Part shown: positions 1 through 11,198 of the stretch, piece by piece
Numbering within the stretch: the first letter of the stretch is position 1
Layout: each line of letters starts with the position of its first letter
DNA from: Trichoplax sp. H2
Taxonomy: Eukaryota
DNA: 20,000 nucleotides
NCBI GenBank assembly: GCA_003344405.1
Contig: NOWV01000288.1
Location: forward strand, 44,042 to 64,041
Reading direction: 5' to 3'
Position numbers and translations under genes: made by a program
The notes under the pieces: model-generated
Told to the model about the DNA's origin: nothing
Seen by the model: the letters and a program-made list of their open reading frames with translations, nothing else
Database searches by the model: none

Positions 1-2122
1 ATTGGTCCTTCTTTTACGTAAGATTATTTATCATTGTAATTCAAACATTTTATTAACAATCTTCAGTGGCTGCTAAATTTTTTCGGCCACATCAATTTTA
101 AATTTGAAACTATCGCTTTATTGCGCATTATTAAGTACCGGTACCGGTAAATGCTTTAAAGTCTATTGTATTTAATTATATTATTAGTAATTCGCTGGCT
201 GGTAGCGATAATTGGTATCGGATAGATTTCGGAAGGGACTAATTATTATCAAAAATTAAAATAGTACATCATTCAATATCCTACAAAAATTTCTATTTAA
301 CAAATTATCATATTCTGTGTGTGGTATTCTTCCAATACTATAATTTTATAGTAGATAAATATAAATGAATTAAAATCTAAATTGAAATAAACTTTTTAAT
401 AGTGAAAGTATCGAACTAAGATTATTTCTTAAACTGAATGGAAGTAAGAAAGCAATTCGTTTGACTTCTGTTTAATTGCATCATTACTTTCGAGAAAATC
501 ATGATGGTAGCTGTTGATTCTACTTAGTAAAATTTAATTTTAGTATAGTTACACAATACTATTGAGTATATATTTGTTCAATTGCAATGTATAACTCTGT
601 TACTTTGCTTTACTGTCATCAATACTAGAACAATGTTATGTAACTAAAATTATTTATAAATGAATACAGGTATAACTCTTATGGAAACTCATCCTCTCTT
701 ATTTGATAAGCAGTATTCAAATTGAAATTAGGAGCATTTTTATTTGTTTATTAGTTTCTTATGGCTTTGTAATGACACGCAACAAGGTCAAAAAGCCATA
801 TAAAGAAGCAACTATGAGTATAATAATTACTGCTTTGATGTGCACATATGATCATATTAAAGACTACATTTGAAACATAGTAAGCCTGGACGATAAGTTA
901 CTGTAAAGTAAATTTTGGTATTAATTTAGTTACAGATATATGAAATTTTGAGAAAAAATTCGTGGTATAAATTATTCGTCTTGATTCGCAGAGTAGAACT
1001 AAAATGTTTACCTGCAATGACGATGATTGTCGCGACTGCTAGACTAGCATCGCTAGATAATATTATTCTTAAGTATTAATATCTACAGCTATTCATAATT
1101 TGGGACAACTATCTCGTAACGTTGCTCCGGTATTTGATAGATTTATATTGTATGGTACAGACATGTTATCAGCTAACTACGTTACACTGCAGAAGGGCAT
1201 CTCAAGAATGTTATCACAATGTTAGATAAGATACACGTACTCATACCAATGGTAGAGTATATAAGGAGGAGGAAAAATTAAATAAAGGATTATTATTTTG
1301 ACCACCTTAAGAAGCATTAAAGATTATCTGTTGGAGGCTCAGCGAGATTCAGCACGCTTCAATAAGAATTTCAGGCTGAGTCACGACAATGATACCGCGT
1401 AGATGTCAATTCAATCCAGAAAGCATAAACTATGATACGGTTGTAGAATTTTCGTCTCGTTACATTGTTATCTATTGCAAACTGTAAGTTAGATCTCGAT
1501 CAATAAATTTTAAATAAAGAGCGCCGGTAACTAAGCATCTTTGAATTTTTACTTGAGTTACGTCAATCGGATAATTAATATAATTTGATATATGACTGCT
1601 ATTATCTGGTATTATATATGATATAATTTATTTATGGTGATCAGAAGCATTATTTATTTCAGTGTGTAGATTATTGTGGCAATAAATTGAGAGACAGTAC
1701 GTGCTTGATCCCTTGAAAATAAAAGCGATGCTCTATTACAAGTAAACGCTTCGAGGATCACACTATTATGAATTTAAATTTAATTCGGTGGTCTAATTTT
1801 TAGAAGTAAGTTCAATCTGAGCTAATATCAAACAAATTCTTATAAAATATCTCTTTGGAAATACTAAACTTTTCATTTTTTTGTCATCGCTTTTGTAATT
1901 ATATTACAAGTATACGATATAATTCAATCACAGAATAGTACAACTAGTAAACTTGATTAATTTTATTAAATTTGAACTTATTTATAAATTTCATTAATCT
2001 GATTTAAGTTTATCAATCGAAGTTATAACGTATTTAGAAGCATACTATGAAGGCATAAATATTATAATACTCGCAAACATTTAGAAGGATATTTTCTGTT
2101 CTATTCTAGCCTAATAATTGAT

Positions 2123-3082
2123 TTATTTCATTATGCTGGCTGATATCGTAATTGGTGCTTTCTTTCTAAAATTATGTAAAATTCCGTGGTGTAAGCTTTT
2201 ATGAAATATTATAAACAGTATAAGATTTTACTTAGACTGTATTGAACTTAAAAGTAATATAATTGAAAAGATGACGAAAATGCTATGACTTTGAGGTAAT
2301 AATATTAGCTGAATCAGTGATATTCTTGAAGATACCCTAACGATTCAGGCGAAAAATATTGGTGTAGATACCACTACATAAGCAACTGTCGCAATTATAA
2401 TTGTTTTAATCAAATACATTTGACTCTTCTGATGTTGCGACTGATACTATTTTGTGAGGTTATATTTATCTTTTTGATAACCATATAATACTTGGAAAAT
2501 ACAATAAATAAAATTATTGAATAGCTCATCATAAACATAAATATGTGCATGAAAAATACAGCATAATTAACATTGTCATTATATAGTCGCAAATCGCAAA
2601 AGAGAGGAAATTTTGTATTTGTATTTGTGAATCATATAAATCATGTAGATATTTAAGGATCTACAAGCCAATCTAATTACAATTATAGTTATCATCAAGG
2701 CCAATTATTGATTAAAAATAGATTTAGTTCCAGGAGCGCCAACTATGGTGAAATATCGTTCTATAATGATTGCCACGAAAGATGAGGAAGAGATTGTAAG
2801 TGCTGGTGATACCATATACAAATTTAGCTAGCACATACGTCTGAACAATGCTTCATTAAATGATGAGATTTTCAGCGATGATTTAATACTCAATGGTACT
2901 ACTCTCGGAATCTGGAATGCTATATTAATACCTGCCATATTTGCATCCGGAATACGTGTCATAATTCGCCATTCAGTGCTTTGATTTTCACTTTTACTTA
3001 TATCGCCTGCGAAAATTGAGACTATTATTGCAGCGAAGCTTGTAGCTGATTTAAATGCTAGCGATCTGAATATGTAAAACAT
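2123..3082 (-). pseudogene. Class A (rhodopsin-like) GPCR pseudogene, paralog of the two GPCRs further along the window
   Basis: Manual minus-strand translation through stops and frameshifts is collinear with the intact paralogs. TM2-like ANMAGINIAFQI matches ANMAVSDILGQL. TM3 reads C*LNLYMVSPALTISSSSFVAIIIERYFTIV (ERY at 2753-2761) against CQGNLYGFVASLTISSLSFMTISIDRHLTIT. ECL2/TM5 reads FCDLRLY...YYMVIKKIN against ACDLILF and YYHVIKRIN. TM6 reads KTIIIATVAYVVVSTP against KMMILATIIYMLCTLP. TM7 reads K*NLILFIIFHKSL against FQNPVLFFVYNRSF. In-frame stops lie at 2828-2830, at 2705-2707 and after TM6 and in TM7, with a frameshift near 2410. The final TAA is at 2123-2125. Confidence 0.88.
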
Positions 3083-6000
3083 CTGACATGATATCTTATT
3101 AATTCAGTAAAAAATGGCAGGACTATCTCCTTTCAATCATCTACCTAAGATTTAGATATAACGTAGTTAAAAGCTTATTTTTAGTAATACTATCACATCT
3201 CATCAATGTATTGTAAGAATAAGCTAAAATTACCAACGCATGATTGATTTATAATATAATCATCACTTCTAATGACAGTATGACAAAAAATTCTTCATTA
3301 TACCAAACTATAAAGTAATATCGATTAGCATCTCAAGGTCTTAATATTTTCGTTGCTATTAAAAGCTACAAAACCATAGCGTAAGCATCGCAAATAAAAG
3401 AATTTATAAAAATCTTACAATCGAAGGTTCTCTTGAACTGTTAATATACAAACTTATAATTTTTAATTTTAATCTAAATGTTTATGCCGTATTAAATTAT
3501 TTTAATAAAAATTTTAAATCTTCAATCAAAATATGAGGGCGTTGTCCTCCGTTGCTTGATAATACTCGCCACGTTATCAATATTTAATTTTACCTAAAAC
3601 TAAAGTTAAAGTTATTAAGTAATACCAAGGTTTACTTTATTTCAAGCGTTTGGTGCCTCGGTTGTAATTTGGTATTAACTACTGTATATGCAGTATACTT
3701 TAACTTAGTTCTGTTACGAATACGTACGGATATCATCCTGCTGTGCAACATAAGATAGGATAACCGTATTGGTACTTGTTATCATAAGAGAACTATATCC
3801 AGTAAGGTGATCTGGTTTATCTGTATTCAACCAATAGCCGAAAGACTACATATCTATAACTGTGCTTATTATGCAAAGAAGCTCTCCAAGGTTTCTAGTG
3901 ATGAGAGACTCTCTATGTAGCGAAGTTCGCGAGATTTCGATTGTGGAGAGCATTAGTGGTATATAACCTCATACATTGCTAAAAGTAGTTCTAATTCTAT
4001 TTGGATAGAAGTTAATAAACGTAACTTGTGAAGATTACACAAGTATTACTTCATCCCTGAGTCTTTACCGGAGTACCTCGACGTCAAGTCACATTTACAT
4101 AGATATACATCAAGGGCTACAATTATAACAGCCTGTTATATTTAATAATGAGTTTACAGAATTACCTGTTATGAGCTTACTGAACAGTACTGTACACTCA
4201 TAAAGTATAGTATTAGTAATACTCGTACAGTCTATATAACATAGTATTATTTCATTTCGCAAGTTAAAGTTAGACTTGTCTGTTTGCACTATGTCGCACC
4301 GATATATGATATACGATTATGCATATCGTACAATACTGTATATCGATAGTATTACAGGATTATGAACCATGTATAAAGGGGAGATCTTGGTTAGGACTCT
4401 AGATTATGAGTTTAGTCTAGTAAGACCGCAGAGTTTGCGAAAGTGCACAGTTATAATTGTTCACTCGAAGTATAGAAACGGTATGTAAAGGTAGGTACGG
4501 AAATTTAAATGTGTTAAATGTCTAAATTAATTGCGAGAAGAAAAGACAGAGTAACGTATCTGCATAAATTCCCTAGTAAACTGCCTTCTAATAATATCGC
4601 TAAATTTTTAAAATAATCAGAAGCAAAACTAGAATTTAAGCTATTTAGATCGTATTAAAAAAGAATTGTATTAGTTGAAATAAATACATGTTGAATTAGA
4701 AAGAGTAATTTTGTTCAAAATGAAATGTCGTGCGCATTACGATCCAGTTAATTTAATCATAAATAAATACACAATATTACGGTTGTATTGTAAAGTACAT
4801 CAAAGTGCAAAATGAACTTTAATTTTCCAGTAAGTTTCACTGTATTAAATAAGTTGGAATATCTACTAGGCTGCTGTAAGACAGTGTAATACTGTATTCT
4901 AAGTTGATGATATATTTAGTAATATCTACTGTAGTTATTGTGTTCAACGTGTGATAGATATTCTGTTAGTTGCTTAAATATTAAATATAGCAAGCTTAGT
5001 AACTGAATTTTGAAGAAGAGTGCTACAGTGCTCACACTAGAACTTCACATCTAAGGTATAAACTATCATGTATTTGAGATGTTAATACTGAAGTGTGTAG
5101 TAAGTAAGGTACTAAGATTGTTAACGCGGAAAAGTATATAAGCGAGTAGTTTAGTATAGTAACATAGTTATTTCTCGTTAGAGGTCCTCAGCTGATCGAT
5201 TACGTTGTATTTTTGTAAAAGAGATTTTGTTCAATAAGTCTTAATTTTCGAAAGTCTTGAAGATTCTTGATTGATCAACCTTACAGCTGCAAAGAACTGT
5301 CTATCTTTAGCCTAATGTCAAATTTATTAGAGCAAAATCTGCAACTCAAGCAGTAAATGCTACAAATTGATTTAGATGTATTATTATTCCAATCAGGCCG
5401 CACAGTCATATCTAAATTTACTATTGTACTAACTATTAATAACTAACGCTTTCATTTGAAGTATTACAATCATTTTTTCGCAATATTGAGTAACTTAATG
5501 TAATCTATTAATATATCAAGTTTTATTAAGAATGCCGCATGTACATCGTTATAGAAATACTACTATACTTATTATACTCATCGGTCCCGTCTATGAATAG
5601 AAACTTGTACAATCTGATAATATAACATATTATTTTAACGATTTTTACTAAGCAAGTCAATATCATAGTCTTTATAGCGATATTCCCACTTAAGTTAATA
5701 CTGTAGCTGATTCTGACGTGCAGTCAGTATCGTTATTTTTAGTATTTTAATAACACGATAAGAATAGATTACTATTAAAATAGCATTAAATTTCTACTAT
5801 CTTCAAAATATGTTAGCACAAAATAGCTGGAGCATTTTATTTATCATATAAAGCTCAAGAACTAAGATCCTAAAAAAGTTATGGTCTTTTTTTAGAGATG
5901 TTGATGCTCACAGTATTCAGTGTTACAAGTATAGGAAATGTCATGATTTATCGTTCTTGCAAGGAATTCAAAAACTATCATAATTCAACATCACAACTTT

Positions 6001-7244
6001 ATTTGAAAAATAAAAACTTTTAAACGATATATACGACGTATAATGCTACCATACTACCTAACATCGTTGTAAACAATTTAATTCATTCTATTATTGATCG
6101 TTTTGGGCGATTATGAATATATTTATCATTAACCAATGATACTAGTTATAATATTAGCATACGCGTTTGTTAGTAATTTCTATAGAAATTAGCGAAAATG
6201 GGAATCGGAGAAAATTCAGTTTTCATTTAATAATCAGGGACTTTTCCTATTAGAAATTTGCAGTAATTGTCTCTAACATCTGGCTCTATCTAGTGTTACT
6301 TGACTACCGTTGAATGTCTTATGATCGGATAACCTTCTGTCTAGTAGACCTACTGGAAAGAAGTTGGAATTCGAATTGTAACAAACCTGTCTTGTAAACT
6401 CTTTTTGATTGAATTGAACAAAAACATTGTGGCAACAGAATTTATTACTAATTTTTCATCAATTTGAGATACCGCGCACGGTAATAGCATACAAGGTTCT
6501 GGTAGAAAGGTACAATTTCTTATAACAATAACGTCAGATCTTAAAAATCGAGAACTAAGAACTAAATCTAAAATTCTTACTACACAAAGATCGTGAACAC
6601 GATTCTTAAGTTTACGTCAGATGAACTTACTAGATACAGTATACGAACAAGAATCTCGGATTAGCGTAACCTTCAAATAGGATGAAATTAACGTGGATTT
6701 CGTATTATTTTTGAGCTATATCTAATTTACTCCAGCACAAATTTTGATAACAATAACTTATCTCGCAGCCTTACTGTATAAATAAAGTAACTAATTAAAA
6801 CCTGACTAATCTAAAAATATCAATATTTTACGAAATATCATTTTATAAGCTTCGTAGAGCTGGTGGAACTAACAGTAATTACATTAATTACTGATCATCT
6901 GTTAAATTTATTCCAGCGATCTTGTTATCGGAACAACAGTATTTACAAACTTATGCCACTAATGCTCTAAATGTTTCTCAAAAAAAGGATCTAAAACTAA
7001 TAAAACCACTGTTAAGAATGCTTGTTATTCTGATCTATTCAACTATAGAAAAGCTAGTACCTTAAGGAACATTAAACACTAAAATTTAGCTATTAAAGTT
7101 ATACCCTACTCTATATTATGACAAAAATCTTTACCATCTAAAAAATATAACAAATTGATCAATTCCTAATATTATCCAAGAATCTATTAAGTCATAAAAT
7201 CTTCAGTCTCGCTTCTTTGTTGACTAATTTTTAAAGGAATGCTT

Positions 7245-8204
7245 TCAATCAGGTATGATTTGCTGGTGTTTAAATAAAGATATCGCGGCCGCTCGAAAAG
7301 TTTTATTGTATAGCATGTATATTATCGGATTTTGAATCAATGATAGATTGAGAATGATTGCACTCATAGTTATCCAGACAGCAATGGCCGGATTTTTAAT
7401 AAGTAGTTCTGTTAAATGGATTTTTAAACTGCCAAAGATTAGCAGGTTAGTAGTCATTATGGTATTATTGATCATAAAGATTAGAGTAGCTATGATCATC
7501 ATTTTGGTTGCATGAATTTGACGATTAGTATGTGATGAACGATTTAAATTCGTGGCCTGTGATTTTGCTATTAGCCTAATCTTCCGAATAACGTGATAAT
7601 ATAAGTATGTGACTGTAATTAAGGGCAGCGGATATGTTAATATCACTGCGAAGTAGCGAAAAATTAGGAGTGTGGTATCCGTATTACGGAATAATATTAA
7701 ATCACAAGCGTAGTTATAGCTTAGATTAGCCTTTATCAAGAAAATCACAGGAATCGCTGACGTACAGCTAACAATCCAAATAGCAATAATAACCATAATT
7801 AGAAATGTAGGTTTCTGCAATGATGATTTCTTGTTATGTTCAGCCATAATAGTAATGTAGCGGTCGATACTGATTACTGTAAATGAAAGTGCTGAAATTA
7901 AAGAGGAGCAATTATATCCGTAATAGTTCCATTGACATAAAATTGTATAATCCGATTCAGTAAGTAATGACATCTGCAGTTGTAAAACGTTAAACATGCT
8001 GTAAAAAGCAGTAAATAACTGTCCTAAGATATCAGAAACAGCCATATTAGCAGATAAGATATATGAAGGTGTATGAAAATTCTTAGTGTTGTATATGGTT
8101 GCTAAAAGAACACAATTAGCAAATATTCCTGCTAAAGATATCGGGATGATAGCAATATTTCCTAAATATGTCGACGAAAAATTTGGTGATCTGCTTTGAT
8201 TCAT
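7245..8204 (-). CDS. Intronless class A (rhodopsin-like) orphan GPCR, 319 aa
   Basis: Seven hydrophobic segments, N-terminal sequons (NQS, NFS), TM1 Asn, TM2 MAVSD, a Cys at the top of TM3 plus an ECL2 Cys, DRY, TM4 Trp, TM5 Pro, and NPIIY followed by a helix-8-like NKTFR. The ORF-track start at 8234 is TTG with an in-frame TAA at 8247-8249 upstream. The first ATG is at 8204. Confidence 0.93.
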   Translation of the reverse strand: MNQSRSPNFSSTYLGNIAIIPISLAGIFANCVLLATIYNTKNFHTPSYILSANMAVSDILGQLFTAFYSMFNVLQLQMSLLTESDYTILCQWNYYGYNCSSLISALSFTVISIDRYITIMAEHNKKSSLQKPTFLIMVIIAIWIVSCTSAIPVIFLIKANLSYNYACDLILFRNTDTTLLIFRYFAVILTYPLPLITVTYLYYHVIRKIRLIAKSQATNLNRSSHTNRQIHATKMMIIATLIFMINNTIMTTNLLIFGSLKIHLTELLIKNPAIAVWITMSAIILNLSLIQNPIIYMLYNKTFRAAAISLFKHQQIIPD

Positions 8205-9695
8205 ATCGAATAAACTATGCACATTTAACTGCAACGCGTTTAGGAATTATTTACAATATTCAGGACGCAAAATGTCTACCATTCCTGGTTATATTATTAA
8301 TAGGGTCGAAGGCAGCTTCCAGTTCACTTCTACGCATGTAATAGCTGGGCTTCATCTCAATCTATTTACCGATTTAATGACTATGTGAGTCTTTGGGTAG
8401 CAATTCTCGAACTATAATTCCTAAATCTTTTTGAGCCTTTTATAATGGTTGTTTAAATATTCTTGTTTGATTGGTGAAAATTTTACCAATAAAGATAACA
8501 AGAGAATCAACTCATTGACTTATAACAACTGTTATAGCTATAATTTCAAACAAATAACTGCCAACATTTCCCAGGAAGTTAATCACAAGCAGAGCATTGT
8601 CAAGTTTATTCAAGATATGAAGAATTGAAATCGTTTCATTAATTAAGATTCTGAAATTAATTAGGAGCATAAAAGAATTTAGTTTACGTGATATTTGGGC
8701 AACTGTCGAAGTTTTCTATTAAGTAATTAAGCCTAATTTCCTTCGCTATTGGCAATTTAATTTTCTACATATGGTACTCATATTTATTATACATTTTCGT
8801 GTACATATCTACATTTCATCAAACTGAAACTTAAATTTACAATCATACAAGATATTATCAGACTTACATGATAATTATTATGCGGTAAATAAATCTGCGT
8901 TGGGTATGAGTGTTCCTTTAAGCACGTTTACATATTTTACAGCGAAGTATCTAATTCATAAATTTAAGTATAGCATATGCTAATATTTTATTAATAAAAA
9001 ATTTCTTGACATCCATTTTTATTTGTTTCTCAGTTATTGACGGCAGCCCATAATGAACATTTATGAGGTTAGCGTTTTAGCAGCTAGTAATTACATACCG
9101 TTTATCTCAATAAAAGTTATTTAGAATAAGTTCACATTCAGTCGAGAATTGATTTTAGCACTATGAATATTTCTTTGGGTAAAAATATTATACGAGTATA
9201 ATTTTACGCTATACATCATTTATTATACCACTTTACTCAATGGGATGTATTCCAGCTTATAAATTGTACTTTATGTTTAATTCAATATTCCATTAGCTAA
9301 CGTATTATTGTCTCAATGGAAAACTTGTGATACCTTAGCTAACGTTTATTATACACAGTGGTAGCACGTATCTTTAGCGTGTGACAAACCCTGCTTTTCT
9401 TTACTAATGGATCAGTTAATATCGAATAAATTTGCTAATAAACTATAATTCGCGTTTGAGGATTACAAGATTAAGATGATCTCTTAGAAAAATTTAAGAA
9501 GAGGAATATCTTCTCATTTCTTGATTACGGATGTATTCAACGATCTGTATTTGCTAGAGTATTTGTCTGGCTATCTAATAGGATGCTTTAATGCATACCA
9601 AAACGTGCATTTTCCTATCTACTAACGTAATATAATACTATCATATTGCATTTAAACAATCAAGAAATTTGTGAAAAATAAATCACAAATCAGTA

Positions 9696-10682
9696 TTAAG
9701 GTCTCTTGCAAATCCGTAAGAAATGTTGACGAAAGCTACGATTGTAAACGAAAAATAGAACAGGGTTTTGGAAAGATGTCGATGTTACGAGTATATTTAT
9801 TGTCATAAGGAAGGCTATAACAAGTGAATTTCTAGAGGCTACCTCCAGGATTGGTATATTTGATGTGCCAAGCAATAAAGATAGAATATAAAATGGTAGC
9901 GTACATAACATGTATATTATGGTAGCCAGGATCATCATTTTGGTAGCTCGGATTTGAGGATGATGATTTGACTCGCCTTGTGCATTAGTATGCTGAAGCA
10001 TCGTTGAAGAATTTATTCGTTTAATGACATGATAGTAACAATATATTGCAATTACTAATGGAATAGGAAATGATATTATGTTATGAATATATAGAGCAAT
10101 TGCAGCTGCTTGAGAAACATTATTAATATTTTGGAAACTGCATAAGAAGTAAATTTCTTTACTAGATTGAATCATAGAAATAACAGGAATACTAAAGCAA
10201 AGTCCAATGATCCAAATGACAGTTATAGTCGCAGATAATATTTTTACTTTTTGAAATGGCGAGCCCGAACTTTTCTTTCCAGTAATTGTCAAATGTCTAT
10301 CAATACTTATGGTCATAAATGATAAAGAGGATATTGTAAGTGATGCTACAAAGCCGTATAAATTTCCTTGACAAATAATTTGGAAGCTAGATAAATTAAA
10401 ACTAGCATTTCTTAATTGAATCGCATTAAATATGGTGTAAATAAATGCGAAAATTAAGACCATGATATCTGAGATTGCCATATTTACCGATAAAATATAC
10501 GACGGTGTATGAAATTTCTTTGTTCTATAGATAGTAATAATCAATTGAATATTGATGATAATTCCAAATATATGAATCGAGCCTAAAATAGCGGGAGTAA
10601 CTACCGATCCAGTGATTAATTGCGTTTGATTTAAAGGGAACCTTGTAGCAGTGTTGTTAACTTGCACTAAATTTTTATCCGC
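9696..10682 (-). CDS. Intronless class A orphan GPCR (329 aa in the uninserted allele, starting MADKNLVQVNN). In this copy the ATG is separated from the rest of the gene by an insertion.
   Basis: Seven TM segments with NMAISD, TM3 Cys, DRH, CTLP in TM6, NPVLF and YNRSFR. The frame is open from GCG (10680-10682) to TAA (9696-9698). The codon upstream of GCG is CAG, preceded by TAA at 10686-10688. The copy at 10842-10991 shows the native ATG GCG GAT start. The ORF-track start at 10667 is a GTG. Confidence 0.9.
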   Translation of the reverse strand, partial: ADKNLVQVNNTATRFPLNQTQLITGSVVTPAILGSIHIFGIIINIQLIITIYRTKKFHTPSYILSVNMAISDIMVLIFAFIYTIFNAIQLRNASFNLSSFQIICQGNLYGFVASLTISSLSFMTISIDRHLTITGKKSSGSPFQKVKILSATITVIWIIGLCFSIPVISMIQSSKEIYFLCSFQNINNVSQAAAIALYIHNIISFPIPLVIAIYCYYHVIKRINSSTMLQHTNAQGESNHHPQIRATKMMILATIIYMLCTLPFYILSLLLGTSNIPILEVASRNSLVIAFLMTINILVTSTSFQNPVLFFVYNRSFRQHFLRICKRP

Positions 10683-10821
10683 CTGTTAATTCCTTTTTAG
10701 TTCGTTAGTCGGTTAGATAGTCAACTAGTTTTTCAATTGATATTTAATTGTAAAGACTATAATCTTGGGTGCCAAGATTCCTTCAGTAATAAATGATAGT
10801 AAATCTCTGACTATCTCGTCT

Positions 10822-10841
10822 NNNNNNNNNNNNNNNNNNNN
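10822..10841. other. Assembly gap (20 N)
   Basis: Run of N. Confidence 1.
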
Positions 10842-11178
10842 AATAATCAATTGAATATTGATGATAATTCCAAATATATGAATCGAGCCTAAAATAGCGG
10901 GAGTAACTACCGATCCAGTGATTAATTGCGTTTGATTTAAAGGGAGCCTTGTAGCAGTGTTGTTAACTTGCACTAAATTTTTATCCGCCATTCTGCAAAT
11001 TTGTGAAAATATTCCAAGTTTGAGTTTATTTTTGGGTGCTTACTTTAATGCAGTTTGCAATTAAAAAAATGCTACGGTACACGAAACATTATATGCATTT
11101 AAATTATGTTCTCGTTCTCTTGCAACGTTTTTAAATACAACTAGAGTTTAAGTTAAAGATTTGAAGCCAATTACCGCC
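10842..11178. repeat. Near-identical duplicate of the insertion flanks, probably the empty-site haplotype contig placed between two gaps. It contains the intact GPCR start (ATG at 10991-10989, minus strand).
   Basis: 10842-10989 matches 10536-10683 with one substitution (10640 A vs 10946 G; Phe vs Leu). 10985-11178 matches 11335-11525 with two substitutions and two short indels. It is bounded by N runs on both sides. Confidence 0.85.
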
Positions 11179-11198
11179 NNNNNNNNNNNNNNNNNNNN
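11179..11198. other. Assembly gap (20 N)
   Basis: Run of N. Confidence 1.

Noticed and set aside
136..149. Perfect 14-bp palindrome TACCGGTACCGGTA
   Set aside because: Explained by a short tandem duplication of a palindromic hexamer, with no associated structure.
960..1440. Coding-like composition near the left end
   Set aside because: Only short open stretches in the plus-strand frames I translated, with no family similarity I could recognise.
8205..8234. N-terminal extension from the TTG start in the ORF track
   Set aside because: Non-ATG start in a eukaryotic gene. The ATG at 8204 gives an N-terminus of normal length with glycosylation sequons.
10725..10991. 88-aa ORF as a separate truncated GPCR paralog
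   Set aside because: It is chimeric across an N gap. Its N-terminus is the allelic copy of the 9696 gene and its C-terminus is inserted-element sequence.
11174..11178. CCGCC at the end of the middle contig as a second TSD
   Set aside because: It corresponds to native flank sequence at 11521-11525 and abuts a gap, so a coincidence or assembly break is more likely.
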